A stretch of DNA of 64,000 nt from Deinococcus sp. (GTDB lineage Bacteria; Deinococcota; Deinococci; Deinococcales; Deinococcaceae): the NCBI GenBank assembly GCA_965261005.1, contig OZ253375.1:448001-512000 (forward strand), in the 5' to 3' direction. Positions within the stretch are counted from its first letter, which is position 1. The number at the start of each line of letters is the position of its first letter. The translations under genes and the position numbers were made by a program. The notes beneath the pieces were generated by a model. It searched no databases, was not told where the DNA came from, and saw only the letters and a list, made by a program, of their open reading frames with translations. Below, piece after piece: positions 54,324 through 64,000 of the stretch.

Positions 54324-55110
54324 ATTCGCTCAGCCTAAGCCTGTCGGCGGATGCGCCCAGTACCCGAGCGTGACAACATGCCTTTATGCAGGTCACGCTG
54401 ACGCCCATCCTGCGCGAGCTGCGCGCCCTGTATGACATCGGGGGCACGTGGCCGCGCTTTCGGGCCTACGTGGAGCTGTCGAGCGGCGGACCGGAACTGC
54501 TGCCTCTCGGCCAGTTCAGCCCGATGGGAAAGCGGCAGCCGGCTTACCTGGACGCCCTGCTGGCCTTGAACGCCGAGGGCCTGGCCCACGAAGCGGCGCG
54601 GGGGGCGGCGGTTCAGCTGCGCGTCGTGGACGCTCACCTTCGCTTGATGCTGATCGTGGTGGACGAGCCGCGCAACGGCTGGACCCAGCGCGACCTGACC
54701 GACACGACCTGGCGCTTTTCGGGCAATGAAATGAACGATTGGATAACGGTGCAGCTGTGGACCGACACGCCGCCGGAGGTCGAATACGTGCGCCGCGAAA
54801 CGCGGGCCAGCTTGTACCGGGCGGCACACCAACAGGTGTTGGGCCTGCCCCGCTCGCTCGGCGCCATGCTGGCCCAGGAAGGCCGCGCCGCCGCCTTCGC
54901 CGGAGAAAAGCCCCAGCTGGACGCCGAGGAGCTGGCCTACACCCGTGAGGTCATCGCGCCGCTGCTTGGCTCCACGCACTTCCCCACCTGCTTCGCCGCC
55001 CTGTACGGCGACGCGGCGGCAAGGCGGGTCGGCTACCCGCCGCTGGGGCTGTCGGAGCGGGCCGGCTTCGCGCTGGGCCTCGCGGAGGCGCCGAGGGAGG
55101 GCGGCCCCCT

Positions 55111-56907
<1,797 letters not shown>

Positions 56908-56940
56908 AGGGCGACCATAGCAAGTTCTCCGGGCTTTTCT

Positions 56941-57249
56941 CTAGGCTTCGGTCGAGGTCGCCTCGACGGCCGTGAAGGTCGTCTCGATCTCGTAGTGGTG
57001 CGGGGCGTTCCCCGGCACGTGGTAGCTGTCGCCGGGTTCGAGCGTCACGCGCTGGCCGCCCACCACCAGCGTCGCCCGCCCCGAGATAACGTAGCCGACC
57101 GTCTCGTAAGGGTGGCTGTGGTCGGCCTTTTCGCCCGAGGGCGCTTCCCCGTCCCACAAGCGCAGGGACAAGTTCTCGCCGCGCACCAACTGCACTTCGC
57201 CCTTGGCGCCGCGCGGCGCTTCCGCTTTGCCCATCTTGAAGTCGGTCAT
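56941..57249 (-). CDS. Cupin domain protein (possible independent start at ATG 57249)
   Basis: HSHPYETVGYVISG and LEPGDSYHVPGNAPH cupin motifs. Confidence 0.75.
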   Translation of the reverse strand: MTDFKMGKAEAPRGAKGEVQLVRGENLSLRLWDGEAPSGEKADHSHPYETVGYVISGRATLVVGGQRVTLEPGDSYHVPGNAPHHYEIETTFTAVEATSTEA

Positions 57250-58053
57250 GGGGGTTATCTGAGCAAGTGGATTCATGAGGGGCGTGGGAAGCGCCTTGCC
57301 CAATTCTTGCGCCTTCGGCGGGCGCAAGAAATCCAGAATCTTTTCCGCCGTGGGACCGGGGCTGGCGAAGTGAAAGGCGTGTGCGCCGGGCACCTTGGCC
57401 GAGCGCGCGTCGGGCAGCAGCGCGCACAGGGTCGTGATGGCCGATTCCGGAATCACCGGGTCGCGCGTACCGTCGAGGACCAGCGCCGGCACCCTCACCT
57501 CGCTCAGCTCGGGCAGCACCAGGTGACGGCTCTGGTCGGCGGCGACGCGCGCCATGCGGATCAGGCCGGCGCGCGCGTAGGCCGCCAGAATGCGCCACAG
57601 CAGGGCGGGCGGCTCCAGCGGCGCGTCGCGCAGCACGCGCAACACCTGCAAAGCGGGCACCGGGTTCTCGGGCACGCCGGTGGGCGCCAGCAGGACCGAG
57701 CGGCTGACCAGCTCGGGATAACGCGCCGCGAGGTCGATGGCGACCTCGCCGCCCAGCGAGTGGCCGACCACGGGAACGCCGCTCAGGCCGCCCCCGCGCA
57801 TCCAAGCGGCCAGGTGGTCGGTCAGGGCCTCGATGGTGACGACCTCGCCGGGCCGCCCCCCACTGCGCCCGTGGCCCGGCGGGTCGTAGGCCCAAACTTC
57901 GTAAAAGGGGGCCAGGCGACGGGCCAGCCGGTCGTACAAAAAGGCGGCGCAGCCCAGGCCCGGCACGATCACCAGGGGCGGCCCCGCGCCACGCACGCGG
58001 GCGTGGGTCAGGATGCCGCTCACCTCCATAAAGACCGACCGGACAGCTTTCAC
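56941..58053 (-). CDS. Alpha/beta hydrolase reading through in frame into a cupin domain
   Basis: GTG start overlapping the upstream stop; DPPGHGRS, GHSLGG; no stop before the cupin part. Confidence 0.75.
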   Translation of the reverse strand: MKAVRSVFMEVSGILTHARVRGAGPPLVIVPGLGCAAFLYDRLARRLAPFYEVWAYDPPGHGRSGGRPGEVVTIEALTDHLAAWMRGGGLSGVPVVGHSLGGEVAIDLAARYPELVSRSVLLAPTGVPENPVPALQVLRVLRDAPLEPPALLWRILAAYARAGLIRMARVAADQSRHLVLPELSEVRVPALVLDGTRDPVIPESAITTLCALLPDARSAKVPGAHAFHFASPGPTAEKILDFLRPPKAQELGKALPTPLMNPLAQITPMTDFKMGKAEAPRGAKGEVQLVRGENLSLRLWDGEAPSGEKADHSHPYETVGYVISGRATLVVGGQRVTLEPGDSYHVPGNAPHHYEIETTFTAVEATSTEA

Positions 58054-58787
58054 GCGGATTCGCCCAGCAAAAAGCGCAGCACCGCCGCGTTGAACTCTTC
58101 CGGTGCGTCCCACATGACGACGTGGCCGGCGCGCTCGATCAGCACATGTTCGGCCCGTGCAAGGCGGCGCGCCAGTTCCAAGCCCAGGGCGGGCGGCACG
58201 AACAAATCCCGCCCGCCCGAGATCACCAGGGTGGGGGCGTGCACGCCGGCCAGCAACGCCTGGGCGTCGTCGCGCAGCAGATCGCGGCTGGCGCGGTAGA
58301 TGGCCGCCGCGCCCGCGCGCAGGGCGTCGGTCGCCACGATGGGCACGAAGTCGAGCCGGCCGCGCGCCGCCACGCGCGGCAACCGGAGGGCCAGACGCCA
58401 CCACTCGCCGCGCAGCAAGCCGGTGGCCGCCACCAGCACCAGCTTGTTCACCCGCTCGGGGTGCGCGCCCGCGAGGTGCAAGCTGATGTGCCCGCCCATC
58501 GAGTGGCCCAGCACATGAACCGGCCCCAAGCCCGCCTGGTCCAGCCAAGCCGCGATCAAATCGGCGCTGCCCCGCAGCGGCAGGGGCGCCTGGTGCCGGG
58601 CGTGGCCGAAGCCGGCCAGTTCCAAGCGGTACACCGTGAAGTGCGGCTCCAGGGCGGGCAAGTTGCGGCGCCACCAGCGGCGCGAGCCGGACAAACCGTG
58701 AATCAGCAGCAGCGGTGGCCCCGCACCGCTCTTGGAGTACGTGATCTGCCCCGACCCCTGCGAAAAGACGTGGTAGGTCCGGCGCAT
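58050..58787 (-). CDS. Alpha/beta hydrolase
   Basis: LLIHGLSGS, GHSMGG, AGHVVMWD; TATGGT -10 lies 6 nt before the ATG. Confidence 0.9.
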   Translation of the reverse strand: MRRTYHVFSQGSGQITYSKSGAGPPLLLIHGLSGSRRWWRRNLPALEPHFTVYRLELAGFGHARHQAPLPLRGSADLIAAWLDQAGLGPVHVLGHSMGGHISLHLAGAHPERVNKLVLVAATGLLRGEWWRLALRLPRVAARGRLDFVPIVATDALRAGAAAIYRASRDLLRDDAQALLAGVHAPTLVISGGRDLFVPPALGLELARRLARAEHVLIERAGHVVMWDAPEEFNAAVLRFLLGESA

Positions 58788-58815
58788 CCGGCCACCATAC
58801 ACCGAATTTTCTTGT

Positions 58816-59388
58816 TTACCCGCCGGCCGTCATCGTTAAAAACAGCGCGTGCAGGCGCGAATCCCCGCTCAGCTCGGGATGGAAGGTGCTGGCGAGAAGG
58901 CGGCCGGAGCGCACCAGCACCGGCGCCCCTTCCCGCTCGGCCAGCACCTCCACGCCGGGGCTGACCTCCTCGATCACGGGCGCGCGAATGAAGACGGCGG
59001 GAAAAGGTTCGTCCAGACCCTCGACCGACAACGGCTCCTCGAAGGAGTCGCGCTGACGGCCGTAGGCGTTGCGCCGCACCCGCATGTCGAGCAGGCCCAG
59101 CGAGAATTGCTGCGGGGCGCCCGCGATCTCGCGCGCCAGCAGGATGGCCCCGGCGCAGGTGCCCCACACAGCGCCCCCGAAGTCGCGCAGGGGTTGATCG
59201 AGGCCGTATTCCAGCAAGAGCTGCGTCATGGTCGTGGACTCGCCCCCCGGCATGACCAAGCCGGCCAGACCTTCCAGGTCCCCCGGCAAACGCACCTCGC
59301 GCACGGGGGCGCCGAGCGACTGCAACGCCAGGCGATGCTCCCGGAAGGCGCCTTGCAGGGCCAAGACGCCGACAACAGCCCTGCTCAG
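58816..59388 (-). CDS. pdxT: PLP synthase glutaminase subunit (probable CTG start)
   Basis: GVLALQGAFREH, PGGESTT, GTCAG, RNAYGRQ, FIRAP, FHPEL. Confidence 0.93.
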   Translation of the reverse strand: MSRAVVGVLALQGAFREHRLALQSLGAPVREVRLPGDLEGLAGLVMPGGESTTMTQLLLEYGLDQPLRDFGGAVWGTCAGAILLAREIAGAPQQFSLGLLDMRVRRNAYGRQRDSFEEPLSVEGLDEPFPAVFIRAPVIEEVSPGVEVLAEREGAPVLVRSGRLLASTFHPELSGDSRLHALFLTMTAGG

Positions 59389-59392
59389 CGCC

Positions 59393-60274
<882 letters not shown>

Positions 60275-60303
60275 GGGGACAGACTAGCGCGAAAGATGAA
60301 CCT

Positions 60304-60918
60304 TCAGCCGACCGGCCGCCGGCGCAGATCTGTTGGCACCGTGAGAAGCGGCAGCAGCAGCCCCACCAGCGGCCCAATCGAGAGGGCGTAGGCGAGCGTG
60401 CCGAGGCCCAGCGAGCCGCCCAGCAGCCAACCGACCGCCAGGACGCTCAGCTCGATCCCCGTGCGAATCAGCCCCACCGGGCGGCCGGTGCGGGCGACCA
60501 AACCGGTCATCAGGCCGTCGCGCGGACCGGGACCCAGGCGCGCGCCGATGTAGGCCCCGGTCGCGACCGCGTTGAGCAGAATGCCGCCGGCCAGCAGCGC
60601 GAGGCGCGCGGACAAGCTAGCAACGGGGGGCAGCAGCGTCAGCGCCGCGTCCACCGCGAGACCGACCAACAGCACGTTGCTGAGGGTGCCGACGCCGGGG
60701 CGCTGGCGCAACGGAATCCACAGCAGCAGCGCCAGCGCCCCCACCACGATCACGACCGTGCCCAAACTCCATCCCAAGTGGCGCGACAGCCCCTGGTGAA
60801 ACACGTCCCACGGGTCGAGGCCCAGGTTGGCGCGCACCATCAGGGCCAGCGAAACGCCGTAGAGGATCAGGCCAATCAAGAGCTGAACGAGCTGTCTGGG
60901 CATCATGCGGTCCAGCAT
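60304..60918 (-). CDS. YczE/YyaS family membrane protein
   Basis: LGLDPWDVFHQG, GPGPRDGLM, GGSLGLGT. Confidence 0.88.
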   Translation of the reverse strand: MLDRMMPRQLVQLLIGLILYGVSLALMVRANLGLDPWDVFHQGLSRHLGWSLGTVVIVVGALALLLWIPLRQRPGVGTLSNVLLVGLAVDAALTLLPPVASLSARLALLAGGILLNAVATGAYIGARLGPGPRDGLMTGLVARTGRPVGLIRTGIELSVLAVGWLLGGSLGLGTLAYALSIGPLVGLLLPLLTVPTDLRRRPVG

Positions 60919-61005
60919 GGCGGAAAGTGGCCTCGTCGACCAGGTGCGGGCCGTACCCCAGCGGCCATCGTTATTACCCCCCTCCTGAGCGCCGACCCCG
61001 CGCCC

Positions 61006-62457
61006 CTACGGCAACAGCCCCATCGGGTCCACCGGCACGCCGGCCACCCGCACCTCGAAGTGCAGGTGGGGGCCGGTGCAGATGCCGGTGCAGCCCACAA
61101 AACCGATCAGCTGGCCGCGCTTCACGTGCGCGCCGGCAGGGACGGCGGCGCGGCTCATGTGGCCGTAGATCACGGTGGCGTTGCCGTCGCGCGTCCAGAC
61201 GTTCAGGCCGTAGTCGCCGTAGCCGCTCTGCGTGACCACGCCGTCCGTCGCCGCGAGAATGGGCGCACCATAGGGCGCCGCGAGGTCGATGCCGGTGTGG
61301 TAGACCTCGCGGTGAAAGGGAATGTCGCGCGCCCCGAAAGCGGAGGTCAGGCGAAAGCTGTGCATGGGCCAGCTGACGCTGCCGCCGTGGTAGGCGGCAC
61401 GGCTCAGCACGCCGCTGGCGGTGCGCAGGGGAGCGGCGTGCTGGGCGGCAATGGTCTGCTCGCGCTTGATCCTGGCCTGCCGCGCCTGAGCTTGCCGGAA
61501 CTGGGCTTGCCGGAACTGGGCTTGCCGGAGCTGGTCGGCCTCGTACCGCGCTTGGCGCTCGTACTTGGCGATCAGGGCTTGGCGCTGTGGGCTGCTCTTC
61601 CAGGCCAGCCACTTGTCGTACTTGGCTTGAAGCGCGTACCTGACCTGGAGCTGGCGCCGCTCCTTTTCCTTGACGAACGCCAGGTAGCGCGCGTACTGGT
61701 CCAGCTTTTTCTGCTGGATGGCTGCCATACGGGCGCGCTCGCGCTTGGCCCGCAGCTCGCTCAAGCGCCCCTCGGCCCGCACGCCGGGCAGCAGCAGCAG
61801 GTCGCCCGGCCGCGCCAAGTCGGGCAGACGCAAAGCGTTGGCGCGCGCCAGTTGGGCAGGACTCAGCCTATAGCGCGCGGCGACGCTCAGCAGGTCCTCG
61901 CCGGGCTTGACCTGTACGATCAGACCCCGCTCCCCCGTGGGCAGGCGCAGCACCTCGCCCGGCGCAAGACGGTCCAAACTTTGCAACTCCAAATTGGCGC
62001 CCACCAAGTCCAGCACCCCGAGGCCGTGGCGCGCCGCTACCTGGCTCAGGGTGTCGCCCACGCGCGCAGTGTAGTTGACCACGCCGGGGGGCAGCTTGGC
62101 AGGATGGGCCTTTGCCAGCGGCAGGCGCAGGACGGCGCCGGCGGGCTGGGGCCGGTCGGGGTCCATTTGGAGAACGCTCGCGGGCACGCCGTACTGGGCG
62201 GCCACGTCGCGCGCGCGCTCGCCGGCGCGCAGGGTGACCAGGATGGCGCCCGGCGGCGTGGGCCGGGGACGCAGCCGGATCACCACCGGCGCCTCTTGGA
62301 ACGGCCCCAGCCCGGGAAGCAGTTGACCCGCGAGGGCTTGGCAGACGGGCAAGTTCGCGCACGGCCGCGCCACGCCGGCGCCCGCCACGCTCAGCGCGAG
62401 CGCGAGGCCGCACAGCCCAAACCAGGCGGGCCGCCGAAGGAAGAAACTTGAGGGCAC
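61006..62457 (-). CDS. LysM-repeat M23 family peptidase
   Basis: Three LysM-like repeats, coiled coil, HTGIDLAA, YGHM, TGPHLHFE. Confidence 0.92.
   Translation of the reverse strand: MPSSFFLRRPAWFGLCGLALALSVAGAGVARPCANLPVCQALAGQLLPGLGPFQEAPVVIRLRPRPTPPGAILVTLRAGERARDVAAQYGVPASVLQMDPDRPQPAGAVLRLPLAKAHPAKLPPGVVNYTARVGDTLSQVAARHGLGVLDLVGANLELQSLDRLAPGEVLRLPTGERGLIVQVKPGEDLLSVAARYRLSPAQLARANALRLPDLARPGDLLLLPGVRAEGRLSELRAKRERARMAAIQQKKLDQYARYLAFVKEKERRQLQVRYALQAKYDKWLAWKSSPQRQALIAKYERQARYEADQLRQAQFRQAQFRQAQARQARIKREQTIAAQHAAPLRTASGVLSRAAYHGGSVSWPMHSFRLTSAFGARDIPFHREVYHTGIDLAAPYGAPILAATDGVVTQSGYGDYGLNVWTRDGNATVIYGHMSRAAVPAGAHVKRGQLIGFVGCTGICTGPHLHFEVRVAGVPVDPMGLLP
61486..61530. repeat. In-frame 15-bp tandem repeat x3 (RQAQF units) in the M23 gene
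   Basis: CTGAGCTTGCCGGAA CTGGGCTTGCCGGAA CTGGGCTTGCCGGAG. Confidence 0.8.
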
Positions 62458-62594
62458 CGCGCTAGCATAAAAGCCGTTTTATGAAAAACTTATAAAACTC
62501 CGGTCAGCGGCGGGTCAGGGTGGGACGCTTCAAAATGGGAAACTTCTGTGGGGGCGCGGCAAAGCGGGCGGCCCCACGAAGATGAGGATCAGCC

Positions 62595-63917
<1,323 letters not shown>

Positions 63918-64000
63918 ATTTGGGGGTTCCTTGCGTTGTGGGTTTGACAAGCTCGATGGGTTTGATGATGCGGTCTTCGCGCCGCCGAACGGCTCGGACC

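Overview
High-GC bacterial chromosome segment, most likely Deinococcaceae (inferred from the protein content, pervasive leaderless promoters and RDRM-like boxes). It is mostly housekeeping: glyQS, clpC-radA-PIN/TRAM, a branched-chain amino acid cluster (leuB, ilvBNC, leuA, ilvD) with two leader-peptide attenuators, truD, a trehalose/maltose-type ABC transporter, pheA, glgB, sbcCD, a DtxR/MntR regulator with mntH, uvrC, two M3 oligopeptidases, pdxST, a LysM-M23 peptidase and rho. An accessory islet at 15.2-17.9 kb holds an intact IS4-family element (16-bp IRs, 9-bp target duplication) that splits a low-GC membrane-protein gene, plus a HigBA-like TA pair whose toxin carries a nonsense codon. The most striking observation is a single reading frame joining a cryptochrome/photolyase to uracil-DNA glycosylase, with an internal RBS that could also produce stand-alone Ung. 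Other notable items are RDRM-like boxes before radA and sbcD, a REPIN/MITE-like inverted-repeat element after mntH, a hydrolase-cupin in-frame fusion, probable CTG starts and several divergent orphan proteins. No rRNA, tRNA or CRISPR array was seen. All family assignments come from motif recognition by eye, not database searches.
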